The notes: a model not told the origin generated them from the sequence alone. A stretch of 64,000 nucleotides of DNA from Eledone cirrhosa (GCA_964016885.1 OZ024741.1:273110001-273174000), one strand, 5' to 3'. Shown: positions 29,517 to 40,166, counted from the stretch's first letter. Numbers and translations are program-made.

Positions 29517-31464
29517 ATCATCATCATCGTTTAACGTCCATTTTCCACGCTAGCATGGGTCTGGATGGGAATTGTCCCACTTGAGGCAAGATTGGTTGTC
29601 TTGCGGGTTTTCTATGGCTGGATGCCCTTCCTAACACCAACTACATTTACAGTGTGGACTGGGAGGTTTTTACCGTGTTACCTACACGGCCACATTACAG
29701 CGTGGACTGTGTGTTTTTTTGTCGTGATACCTACACGACCTCATTTATTTAGGTCTGGATGTTGTGGTACCAACATAGCTTTACATTGACAGGGGTAGTG
29801 TAGATGGCGGTGGGGGTAGTGTTAGTGGGACAGGGGTGTATTTTGGTTAAGAGGTGCCTACTGACTGTAGGTTTCGCTTTGTACTTAGGCAAGGCGGATC
29901 TTCTGTATTACTACGTAGCACCAAAGATCTCGGTCCAGTGACATTATCTTGGAGAGGTGCAAGTGTGTGAAGTCGGATTTTATCAAGTCGTCCCAGGTTT
30001 TTCTGGGTCTGCCTACTCTGTAGCAACCGTCTATTTTGATCGCCCTGCACTTTTTTTATACAGCTGTCATCTTTCATGCACATCACATGACCATACCAAC
30101 GTAGTCTTCTCTCGAGTAAACAGCATCTGATCCTTCTTATTCCTAATTTCTCACTTAGTTCATTTATGCTTTGCCATTCGAGTATATTATATTACACATC
30201 CAACGGAGCATGCAAGCTTCGTTCCTCTACAGTCTGCGTAGATCCTCTGCACACAAGGCCCATGTCTCACTGCCATGTAACATCGCTGTTCGTATGCAGG
30301 CATCATACAGCCTGCCTTTTATTTTTAGAGAGAAACCTTTAGCGGCCAATAGTGATATAAGCTCTCTGAACTTTTTCCATCCTGTTCGGACTCTAGCTAC
30401 AGTACTTTCGGAGCACCCTCCAAAACTTCTGATTTTGTCACCCAGGTAACAGAAGGTGCCCACTATTTCTATAGAACCATCTGGGCAATGGAATGAGCTA
30501 GTATTCTGTGGGCATTTGCTGCTACTTATTGCACCAGAGCACCAGCCACATATAAAATCTATATTCTTAGTTAGCTTACCTGTGATCCCACTACATATTT
30601 TATGCACTCATACTTTGCATTTGGGACATAAAATGGAGCTTCTGCCTACTCCTTTCCTACACACTGAGCATGGCCATTTCCCAGATGGGAACAATGCCCT
30701 ATTCTCCTTCCTACATATTAGGACTTTAGTCTTAGACAAGTTAACTTTAAGGCCTTTTGATTCTAGGCCATGCTTCCATGTTTGGAATTTCTTCTCTAGC
30801 TCAGCCATTGATTCGGCTATGAGCGTTAGATCATCTGCGTATAGGAGTTCCCATGGGCAGTCGGTCTTGAACTCCTCCACTATAGCTTGGAGGGCGATAA
30901 TAAATAGGAGGGGGCTAAGGACGGAGCCCTGATGAACACCAACTTTTGCGCTAAACTCTTCACTATATTCGTTGTTAATTCTAACCTTGCTGACTGTTTC
31001 TCTATACATGGCTTGTATAGCTCTCACAAGCCATTCATCTACACCTAGTTTTCTAAGAGCCCACCAGATAATGGAGCAGGGGTCTCTGTCAAAGGCTTTC
31101 TCCATGTCTACAAAAGCTAAGTAGAGGGGTTTACTTTCAGCTAGGTACTTCTCCTGTAGTTGTCGTACAATGAAAAGAGCGTCTGTGGTACTTTTACCTG
31201 ACACAAACCCGAACTGCATTTCATCTAGATCAATTCACTCTCTGATTATTACTTTTTCTGTGACCTTCATGACCTGGTCAATTAATTTAATGCCTCTATA
31301 GTTTCCCCTATCTAGGGCGTCTCCTTTACCCTTGTAGCAGTTAATGATGCTGCTGCTATGCCAGTCCTTTGGAACGACCCCATTCTGTATAACTTGGTTT
31401 ACTATCCGGGTGACCATAGTGTGTCCCACCATTCCAGATGCTTTCAGCATTTCAGCAACTATTT
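29517..31464 (-). mobile_element. RTE-clade LINE (family B), ~1.95 kb degenerate fragment containing the reverse transcriptase domain
   Basis: Consecutive minus-strand ORFs give YKGKGDALDRGNYRGIKL, QFGFVSGKSTTDALF, FVDMEKAFD, GVHQGSVLSPLLF, LLYADDL, then a Cys/His finger and HGSETW. Broken by stops; (ATG)n tail at ~29517. Confidence 0.96.
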
Positions 31465-31568
31465 CTCTCTCTCTCTATATATATATATTCAGACCGGGTG
31501 ATGTGTTGTTTCCTTGAGCAAGACACTTTTACTCAGCTGTAGAAATGGGGTCCTATATATATATATAT

Positions 31569-31685
31569 ATAGGAAAATGTTAAACTCCGACGGCAGAGAT
31601 CAATCTGTTTCGACGGCTATTTCAGTCCAGAAATAGCTGTTGAAATGGCTTGAGCCTTGCCATCGGGGTTTAACATTTTCCTATT
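31569..31685. repeat. ~117-bp imperfect palindrome; one-arm copy at 54857-54907
   Basis: ATAGGAAAATGTTAAACTCCGACGGCA... pairs with ...TGCCATCGGGGTTTAACATTTTCCTAT. Confidence 0.9.
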
Positions 31686-32002
31686 ACCCACTCTACTACC
31701 CTAAGTATTGAGTACTCTGGTGCGTAATGGTCCATCTCGTTCCTTACCACAGTTCCTTCATTATATATATATTCCTTTAACATAAGGTCATAGCTAAGTC
31801 ACCATGACATATTTACACTGGTCATGACTGATCACAAATATTCATAACAGAAGGTAATGTCTTATTAATATTAATTTTTTTTATAGACCTTAATGAGCTT
31901 TTCTACAGGAATGTATTACACATTCTTATGTAACCTGGTGAAACATATGTTAGTGAATTAAATGTACAGTTAACAGTCTTGTTATATATGTTTTGTTTAT
32001 AT

Positions 32003-32127
32003 ATCATCATCATCATTTTATGTCCGCTTTTCCCTGCTTGCAAGGGTGGGACAGGTCCTATTCAGCACAGCATCTCTTCACTTGTCATGGTCCTTTGTCA
32101 TCTCCTCCACGAGCTTCAGCGATCTGT
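32003..32127 (-). mobile_element. RTE family A extreme 3' fragment
   Basis: Matches the 3' end of 38069-38592, with an (ATG)n tail. Confidence 0.85.
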
Positions 32128-32150
32128 GCCCCCCCCCCCCCCCCCCCCCC

Positions 32151-32221
32151 GACGGCTGAGCTCTTGCCATTTCAACAGCCAGTCTGGAACTAGCTGTTGA
32201 AATGGCAAGAGTTCAGTCGTC
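32151..32221. repeat. ~70-bp palindrome
   Basis: GACGGCTGAGCTCTTGCCATTTCAACAGC / GCTGTTGAAATGGCAAGAGTTCAGTCGTC. Confidence 0.9.
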
Positions 32222-32660
32222 AAGTCCTGACTCTTTATAATATAACCATACTCTACTAACCCAAGTATTATGTTGTCTTCATTTTATATTCACTTTTCCA
32301 TTGTTGGCTTGAGTTGGCTATATATATATGCAATGTGGTCGTGTAGCACACTCTAAATGTGGTTGGCATTAGGAAGGACATCCAGCTGTAGAAACCATGC
32401 CAAAATCTGCCCCGGGTGAGCTAAACATAGTCCTCTGACCTGATTCCCTCCCTAAGAGCCAACCTGTCCTACCCATGCTAGCATGGAAGATGGACGTTAA
32501 ACGATGATGAATATATATATATATATAAATATCATCATCATCATCATCCTTTTACGTAATATATATATATATATATATATATGCAAAACGTAAACAGAAA
32601 AAACAAAGCAAACATCACAGTACAATGAAGAAATATATTAGTTTAACACTTGATATAGTA

Positions 32661-32708
32661 GGAAAAAAGTCTTTATGTTTCGGACACTTGTCTTTCATCA
32701 AAAGATGA
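32661..32708 (-). ncRNA. Decayed minimal type I hammerhead ribozyme-like motif
   Basis: Minus strand reads TCTT-TTGATGA-aa-GAC-aagt-GTC-c-GAAAC-ATA-AAGA. Two core transitions (CTGATGA>TTGATGA, GTA>ATA); helices I and II are retained. Confidence 0.5.
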
Positions 32709-33074
32709 AATGAGAACTAAAAGATGAAATAGAAAGATATAGAGTGAGAAAAGGAAGGAATGAGAAAATTTTTTTTGAGAAAAAGCACGTGTGATGTGTG
32801 TATTCAGTCAGCCATTGTGTGTGCGCGTGTGTATACATACAGACATACACGTACACAAAAAATGGCTGACTGAATACACATGCTTTTTCTAAAAAAAAGA
32901 ATGTTTGTGTATGTGTGTGTGTGTGTATGTACACACACACAGACAGAAAGACATACAGACAGACAGACAGACACACACACTCATAGTAGTATTTAATCTA
33001 GCTGTTATCATTCATCTCTTCGTATTGTTGTCTAAATATTCACTCTCACTGTTTTTGTATCTGGTTCTCCTCAG

Positions 33075-33217
33075 TTTGGTGATTTCAAAGAAGTTGGTAA
33101 AGTTTACAAAGAACAAATTGAAAATTTTGATGGTGACAGACAAAGTGAATATTTCCTGAATATATTGAAATCTCTAGCAGAGTTATTTATTGATTTGTCT
33201 CTATTAGACGATGCCAA
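33075..33217 (+). CDS. TPR-protein gene, internal exon A (first exon recognised in the window): FGDFKEVGKVYKEQIENFDGDRQSEYFLNILKSLAELFIDLSLLDDA(K)
   Basis: Acceptor TTCTCCTCAG|, donor |GTAAGG, 143 nt open, ends in phase 2 and matches exon B. Confidence 0.85.
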
Positions 33218-33344
33218 GTAAGGAGTTATTACCATGTTTTTGTTGTTGTGTATATGACCAAAAAAAAAAAAAAAAATTCATATTAAAGTTTGTTTGCATC
33301 TTATATGTCAAATGTAGGAATATAATAATGATAATAACAATAAT

Positions 33345-33775
33345 TTCTACTATAGGCACAAGCCTGCAATTTGGGAGGAGGGAAAGTTGATTAAATCAAT
33401 CCCAGTGTATTACTGGTACTTTATTTTTTCGATCCTGCAAGGATGAAAGGCAAAGCTAAACTCGGTTGGTTTTGAACTCAAAATAAAGGGCCATAACTGT
33501 ATCCCACAAACATATTGTCTGACACTCTACCAATACTGCCAATCCGCCACCAAGAATAATAATTGTTTTTGATTTAGGCACAAGGACAGCAATTTGAAGG
33601 GGTGGGGTTGATTAAATCGACTCCAGTATGTGACTGGTACTTTATTTTATTGACTCTGTAAGGATGAAAGGCAAAGTTAACCTCGGCGGAATTTGAACTC
33701 AAAATGTAAAGGGCCATAACTGTATGCCACAAAGCATATTGTCAGATGCTCTACAGATACTGCCAATCGACCAAC
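33345..33775 (-). mobile_element. Two tandem copies of tRNA-derived SINE family 1
   Basis: Reverse complement of GGCGGTGGATTGGCAG(A box)...GAGTTCAAATCC(B box)GCCGAGGTT..CTTTGCCTTTCATCC...AAGTACCAG...GCCTTGTGCCTA with (TTA)n tails. Confidence 0.9.
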
Positions 33776-34333
33776 AATAATAATGAGAACTCTTATAAAA
33801 TTTGTCACATGATACTTTCCTCAGACATTGTAACCACATGTCTGTAGAACCAAAGCTGTGATCTACCTGGAGCAACTCACCGATCTTCAAGCTACACAAT
33901 CTTTCTAGTAACATTACTCCAAAGACTCTTTGGAGGAACCCTATTCTGGCCACTTATATTCATAAGTGTATTCTTTTGACCATTACTCAAGATTCCTGAC
34001 TATAGGTAAGTGTTGGCACAAATACCAAACTGAAGATAGCAAGTTTGGCTTTTACACCTACCTCTCTTCTGATGACAGAGTGCTGCATCAGCTCCTGCAA
34101 TTCTTGCATTTAATTCTTTCAGCTTCCTGCCTTCCATCACTTGTGGAAATGGCTCTGAGATACTTGAACTTCACCATCTGCTTCAGTGTAATTCTAGTCA
34201 CATGTAGAGTACACTGCATAGGTTTATTTGAGAGGATGAGTGTCTCAGTCTTCGCAGCCTTGATTTTCATTCCTACCGTGCAATGCTCAGCTGCAAACAT
34301 ATCATGTACTTATCAGAAATCATCTTCTGAGAA

Positions 34334-35053
34334 TCTAAACTATAATAAAGGAAGGTCTGCGGGATTGCATACGGTTTATTATTTTATCCCGTTTGTAAAA
34401 TAAGTTGGATTACTTTGAATAAATAATTCTTTCTACTTTAGGCACAAGGCCAGCAATTACCCAGTGCATTACTGGTACTTTATTTTATCGACCCCGTAAT
34501 GATGAAAGGCAAAGTCAACCTCGGCGGGATTTGAACTCAGATCGTAAAGGGACGTAACTATGCTGGAAAGCATGGTGTCCAACCCTCCACCGATACTGCC
34601 AATCCACCGCCCACTTTGAATAAATAATGAATGAATATTACATAATTTATCTACTCAATTTTGTAAACAAAAATAATTTCGTAAAAATAAATAATTTAAA
34701 ATTGACTTCCTTTCAAAGTTGCATTTCCGGTATATCGTCGCCACTTCAACTACCATATATATAGAAAGAGAGAGTGTGTGATGTCAACACTTTCGGTGGT
34801 GATCGCTTAAATAAACATACTAATTTTCTCCTAATGCAGTTTATATATAATATCGTCTTTTTTAATGTATCATGGATTACGTTACTGATTACATAAGACA
34901 GTGTAACGTAGTCTTCATTCAATTTCTGTGTATATTGTCAATTACGATTTTATTTGATGTATTATATCTACATGTATATATACTTGCGTATAATATCAAT
35001 ATACACACTACACATGCTAGCAGAAAACCACCCGAAGGTGGTTTTTCTGCTAG
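34334..35053 (+). mobile_element. Non-autonomous Helitron, 720 bp including a nested SINE
   Basis: 5' A|TCTAAACTATAATAAAG; 3' hairpin CCACC-CGAA-GGTGG, 8 nt, then CTAG|T; no TSD. Removing it restores the host RT frame (FADDMVLLK-FSEDDF..DMFAAE). Confidence 0.85.
34428..34612 (-). mobile_element. SINE family 1, full length with 16-bp target-site duplication
   Basis: TSD ACTTTGAATAAATAAT at 34412-34427 and 34613-34628; A and B boxes on the minus strand. Confidence 0.93.
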
Positions 35054-35266
35054 TTTAAGTAATACCATGTCATCTGCAAATTCCATCCAACTGATCTTGC
35101 CCATCAATCCTATACTCAGGCAGAATCTTCCACAATAAGTCCTATGGAATGGGTCATATGCCTTTTCAAGGTCTTTGAAACAAGCACACAATTCTTGGTA
35201 ATACACTCACGATTTTCCTCTCCCCTTCAAATTGCTGGCCTTATTATTATCATTATTATTATTATT

Positions 35267-35470
35267 AGGGCGGTGGATTGGCAGTATCAGTAGAGGGTCG
35301 GACGCCATGCTTTCCAGCATAGTTACGTCCCTTTACAATCTGAGTTCAAATCCCGCCGAGGTTGACTTTGCCTTTCATCCTTACGAGGTAGATAAAATAA
35401 AGTACCAGTAATGCACTGGGTAATTGCTGGCCTTGTGCCTAAAGTAGAAACAATTATTATTATTATTATT
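35267..35470 (+). mobile_element. SINE family 1, full length
   Basis: GGGCGGTGGATTGGCAGTATCAGTAGAG...GAGTTCAAATCCCGCC...CCTAAAGTAGAAAC(AAT/TAT)n. Confidence 0.93.
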
Positions 35471-35890
35471 CTTGGAGCCTCAGTCATTGATGTCATTTAA
35501 CTGGAAAGTTTGTTCAAATGAACATCAAGCCGCTACCTGCAGCCTCAGATATTCAGGACAAATCCAAGGGTTCTTGCTGTTCCCAGCAAGCATGCCCTTT
35601 GAAGTGTTCCAAAAAAAAGGGGGCTGGACTAATCTTCTTTAACCATCCTTGAAAACTCTTTGAGATAGTACCTAGTGCTCCTATGACAATCGGGACGAAC
35701 TTGATCTCATGATAGTCCCAAATCCTTTTAAATTCCCACTTTAAATCCTGGTATCAGTTAATTTTCTCCTCCTTTTCTTGCACTCTTGTGTCAAATGGGC
35801 AGGCTACATCTACAATCAGGCACGATCATTTTTCCTTGTCAAAAACTACCAGGCCAGGCCTATTGTGTTCTAATTTCTTGTCTGTCTGTT
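35470..35890 (-). mobile_element. R4/Dong-like non-LTR retrotransposon 3' fragment (restriction-like endonuclease domain)
   Basis: Minus strand: DKKLEHNRPGLVVFDKEK*SCLIVDVACPFDTRVQEKEEKIN*YQDLKWEFKRIW...VPIVIGALGTISK, the RPD..IDV..P...K..KY..L RLE pattern with two stops. Confidence 0.85.
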
Positions 35891-35997
35891 ATTATTATTA
35901 TTATCATTGTCCCCTACATGTCGGTCCTTGTGGCCAATAAATGAAATTGTTGTTGTTGTTGTTGTTTATATCCACACAATGTGTTCTATATTGACAG

Positions 35998-36121
35998 GAA
36001 TGTTCTGGAATCTCTGCTGAATGATTCTGAGAAGAAATATGGTGATGAGTTTGTCACAATTGTATATTGTCCCTGGAACTTCTCCTGGAAGACTCGCTGT
36101 TGTCATGCAACTGTCATCAAG
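35998..36121 (+). CDS. TPR-protein gene, exon B: (K)NVLESLLNDSEKKYGDEFVTIVYCPWNFSWKTRCCHATVIK
   Basis: Acceptor TTGACAG|, donor AAG|GTAAGA, 124 nt, phase 2 in and phase 0 out, consistent with both neighbours. Confidence 0.82.
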
Positions 36122-36145
36122 GTAAGACATCTCCTCACAACATAA

Positions 36146-36780
36146 TGCCAACTCCCAGACTATCAGGAATTGGACAGTGGTACAAAATAGAGTTTGTACT
36201 GCCAAGGATGGTCTTCAAATTTGGTGATAACTACCTCACACAACCACTCATAATTTATATCAAGAACAGAATTATAATTACATAAATATTTAGCATATAC
36301 ACTGTATATACAAATGAGTTTGTATTACCAAGGATGGTTGTGAAATTTGGTGATCACAACTTCACACATCATCATCGTTTAATGTCTATCTTCCACACTA
36401 GCATGGGTTGGACGGGTTTGTTCCATTTAGAGACAAGTTGGGTCGGGTGACCGTGTCTCGCTCATATAGGACTGTTTTTGGCTGGTTTTCTATGGCTGGA
36501 TGCCCTTCCTAACACAACTACTCAATATATATCTAGAACAGAATTATAATTACATAAATATTCAGCATATACATTGTATATACAAATGATATATATGATA
36601 GAGCCAACTCCCAGACTGTTAAGACTTGGACAGTGGTACAAGTTAGAGTTTGTACTGCCTAGGACGGTCCTGAAATTTGGTGATCACAAAATCCCACAAC
36701 CACTCATAATTTATATCTAGGACATAATTACGTAAATGTTCAGCATATACAATGTATATACAAATGATACATATGATAAA
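36146..36780. repeat. Diverged local tandem duplication (~120-170 bp units), interrupted by a LINE tail
   Basis: GCCAACTCCCAGACT..GGACAGTGGTACAA..GAGTTTGTACTGCC at ~36148 and ~36603; partial unit at ~36316. Confidence 0.8.
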
Positions 36781-36958
36781 CAGTAATGTTGAAGAAATAA
36801 TAACTATTTACAGGGACAGTTGTAGGATGAGAATCCAGGATCTTTTGATTGGAAAGTAAACTTATTGTAGCAACATGACTGAGATCGGAAATGTATGTTT
36901 GTAGATTTGTGTATGTAAATTTTAAATAGGTACAGATGGGGATATATATATATATATA

Positions 36959-37317
36959 CAGTGGCGGACTGGGTCTAAAAATATTGGTTGCCAGGAGATA
37001 AAGGGAGGCCCACGAACATATAGAATGCTATAATTTAATTTTTATAATGAATAAACAACATTTTCAAAAAATAATAAGTGAAACAAATTTTTGCGGAAAA
37101 AAATGTGTATTTTTTTTTTTTACTAATTATAGTGTATATATACTGTACATATTACTGGCAGTATACAGTAATACTAAATGTTAATACAGAATGTTATAAT
37201 TGAATTTTTAAATAATTGTGAATGCATTGGCCCCTAAAATACTACAGTGGGTGCCTGCAATGCTACCGTGGGCCCCCTGGGGCCCATTGCTATTGGGCAA
37301 CCTGGCCAGTCCGCCAC

Positions 37318-37319
<2 letters not shown>
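36959..37319. mobile_element. MITE with 14-bp perfect TIRs (hAT-like CAGTGG termini) inserted in a (TA)n tract
   Basis: CAGTGGCGGACTGG ... CCAGTCCGCCACTG; no coding capacity. Confidence 0.85.
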
Positions 37320-37401
<82 letters not shown>

Positions 37402-37617
37402 TGAAGGCGTGTGGCTGAGTGGTTAGAGAATTGGATTCGCAATCGTAAGGTTGTGAGTTCGATTCCTGGACCAGGCGATGCGTTATGTCCTTGAGCAAGA
37501 CACTTTATTTCACGTTGCTCCTTCTACCTGGAGTTGCGACCGATAGATAGTATTAGCAGTTGGAAAGACCAACGGAAACATTGTTCCCTCGGTCCGATTT
37601 GACGAAAGTCGATCGTT
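37402..37617 (+). mobile_element. tRNA-derived CORE-type SINE (family 2)
   Basis: A box TGGCTGAGTGG, B box GAGTTCGATTCC, then a CORE-like TGTCCTTGAGCAAGACACTTTA. Other copies at 55171-55387 (+), 52310-52505 (+), 39265-39405 (-), 51640-51750 (-) and 31490-31550 (partial). Confidence 0.88.
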
Positions 37618-37739
37618 CCTTTAAATATATATATAAAAGGTATATATTGAGTTAGAAACTCAAAATAGTCTCTTAAATAGCTCAAAGAAATAGCTCAAAG
37701 AAAGAGGCTTTTCTGAGCCATGCAATATAATTAAATATG

Positions 37740-38019
37740 AAAGAGGGATAAACACAGATATAAACATACATGTGTTCAAATTGTAAGGGACCAAGTTCGC
37801 CAGGGTGAAAAAAATACTAACTATTAACTATATGGTTTGCTAGACTCAATTTAAAATAATAAATCAAGAAATAATAAATCAAGAAAAAAAAAAGCAAACC
37901 TATATTATTTTAAATTGAGTCTGGCATGTAGTTAATAGTTAGTATTATTTTCAACCTGGCGATCTTGGTCCCTTACAATTTGAACACATGTATGTTTATA
38001 TCTGTGTTTATCCCTCTTT
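37740..38019. repeat. Foldback element with ~120-bp inverted arms and ~40-bp spacer
   Basis: AAAGAGGGATAAACACAGATATAAACATACATGTGTTCAAATTGTAAGGGACCAAG... is mirrored by ...CTTGGTCCCTTACAATTTGAACACATGTATGTTTATATCTGTGTTTATCCCTCTTT. Confidence 0.92.
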
Positions 38020-38068
38020 TATAATCAATTATATATATATATATATACATACATACATATATATATAT

Positions 38069-38592
38069 AGGGAGCTGCTTCCTTTGTTGACGAAGAAGGG
38101 TTTCTCCCTGCATACGAAAGGATGGTTATATGATGCCTGTGTGAGGTGCATGATGCTGCATGGTAGTGAGACATGGGCGGCAACTGCAGAGGATATGCGA
38201 CAGCTGGAGAGAAATGAAGCAAGAATGCTCCATTGGATATGCAATGTCAATGTGTGTGAATGAGCAAGCATGGACGAGTTGAGAAAGAAACTCGGTATAA
38301 GAGGGATAAGTTGTGGTGTGCAGGAAAGAAGGCTGAGATGGTATGGGCATGTGATGCGCATGGAGGATGACCACTGGGTAAAAAAGTGCCAAGAAATCCC
38401 AGTAGAAGGAAGATGCAGTAGAGGTAGACCACAAAAAACATGGGCGGAGGTGGTAAGAGCAGACCTCAGATCGCTGAAACTCACTGAGGATATGACGAAG
38501 GACCGTGACAAGTGGAGAGATGCTGTGCTGAATAGGATCCGTCCAACCCTTGCAAGCAGGGAAAAGCGGACGTAAAATGATGATGATGATGA
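38069..38592 (+). mobile_element. RTE LINE family A 3' fragment, followed by an inverted RTE fragment at ~38605-38790
   Basis: RELLPLLTKKGFSL..KGWLYDACVR..MLHGSETW...RRLRWYGHVMRM; (ATG)n tail. Confidence 0.93.
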
Positions 38593-38789
38593 TATATATA
38601 TTGCGGCTTCCTTCCACTGGGATTTCTCCTGGCATTTCTTTACCCATCGGTCATGCACATCACATGTCTAAGCCTATGCAGTCTTCCCTCCTGTACACAG
38701 TATTAGATTCCCCTTAAACCTAACTTTTCTCTTTGCTCATCCAAGCACTGCTTTTCTCTCAAACTTACATTAGACATCCAATGAAGCAT

Positions 38790-39050
38790 GGATCAAATCA
38801 GACTGGATCAAATCAGATGGAATTGGATTAAACCAGATCAGATCGGATTGGATCAGATCGTATCAAACCAGATCAGACCAGACCTGATAAGATCAAGATC
38901 AGGTTGGATCAGATTTGATTGCTTCAGACCAAATTGGGCGAAATTGGATTAGTTTGGACCAGAACAAGATGGTCTGGATTGTATCAAAATTGGTCGGGTT
39001 AGATCAGACCATATTGGACTGGGTCAGATTGGACTGGATTGGATAGATTA
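38790..39050. repeat. Degenerate pentanucleotide repeat (GATCA/GATTG/GACCA)n
   Basis: 5-bp periodicity visible throughout. Confidence 0.85.
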
Positions 39051-39689
39051 ATATCTGTCCAATCTGATAGATGAATCATCATCATCATCATTTTGTGTCC
39101 GCTTTTTCCTGCTTGCAAGGGAACTGATTCTGGCTTGATTTCTACAGCTGGATGCCCTTCCTAACACCAACCTCATTTACAGTGAGTGCTGGGTGCTTTT
39201 TTGCTGTGGCACCTCCACAACCACTTTGCAGTGGAATGATAGGGACCCCAGTCCTATCATCTCATTTTTACAGCTGAGTAAACTGGAGCAATGTGAAATA
39301 AAGTGTCTTGCTCAAGGAAACAACATATCACCCAGTCTGAGAATTGAACTCACAACCTTTTGATTGCAAGGCCAATGCTCTAACCACTAAGCCATGTGCC
39401 TCCATGAATATATATATATATGGAAAAAATGAAACAAAATTTCATTTCTCCCTCTTAGTACGGCTGTTACTTAAATATAAGTATGTATACGTACATACAT
39501 ATATGTATACAAACGTACAGTAGTATGTATATATATATATATATATATACATACATGCACACATATATATATGTACGTATGGATTCACCGAACATTTATT
39601 ATAATGCTCAGTGTGTTTGTAAACAAACATCCCGAATTAAGCCGTACAGTGTTTAGCAACCATCGTTGCCCTTTTGTTCAACACTGACA

Positions 39690-39745
39690 AAGGAACGATG
39701 TACTAGTTTCAAGCTTATTAGCTATCGTCAGCACCGTATACCTTC
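39690..39745 (-). ncRNA. Minimal type I hammerhead ribozyme motif (copy 1)
   Basis: Minus strand: GAAGGTAT-ACGGTG-CTGACGA-t-AGCT-aata-AGCT-t-GAAA-CTAG-TA^-CATCGT-TCCTT. Confidence 0.85.
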
Positions 39746-40110
39746 CTGCCAGATGATTGAACGTCTGAAAGTATATACTTTCCTTATGCATATTAACTGC
39801 ATATTAACGGCATATTAACACCGAGCATTATAATAAATGTTCAGTGAATCCATACGTACATATATATATGTGTGCATGTATGTATATACATACTACTGTA
39901 CGTCTGTATACATATATGTATGTACGTATACATACTTATATTTAAGTAACAGCCGTACTAAGAGTGAGAAATGAAATTTTGTTTCATTTTTTCCGTTTAT
40001 CGTTTTCGGTGCGCCTGGCCGATTAACTCACTCGATATGCAAATTAGGCTGCTCAGCCGTTAATATGCATAAGGAAAGTATATACTTTCAGACGTTCAAT
40101 CATCTGGCAG

Positions 40111-40166
40111 GAAGGTATACGGTGCTGATGATAGCTAATAAGCTTGAAACTAGTACATCGTTCCTT
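40111..40166 (+). ncRNA. Minimal type I hammerhead ribozyme motif (copy 2), predicted cleavage after A40155
   Basis: ACGGTG-CTGATGA(40125-40131)-t-AGCT-aata-AGCT-t-GAAA(40146-40149)-CTAG-TA^-CATCGT. Helix I is ACGGTG/CATCGT plus distal AAGG/CCTT; helix III is a palindromic mini-helix. Confidence 0.87.

Larger units (their letters stand above)
33790..35215 (-). mobile_element. Old RTE-clade LINE remnant (third family), interrupted by a Helitron at 34334-35053
   Basis: CFKDLEKAYD and FADDMVLL (35055-35200) continue as GMKIKAAKTETL...LKQMVKFKYL..TSDGRQE (34090-34333). Confidence 0.85.

Noticed and set aside
37405-37480. tRNA gene
   Set aside because: A/B boxes run straight into a SINE body and no complete cloverleaf acceptor stem is evident; it is a SINE head.
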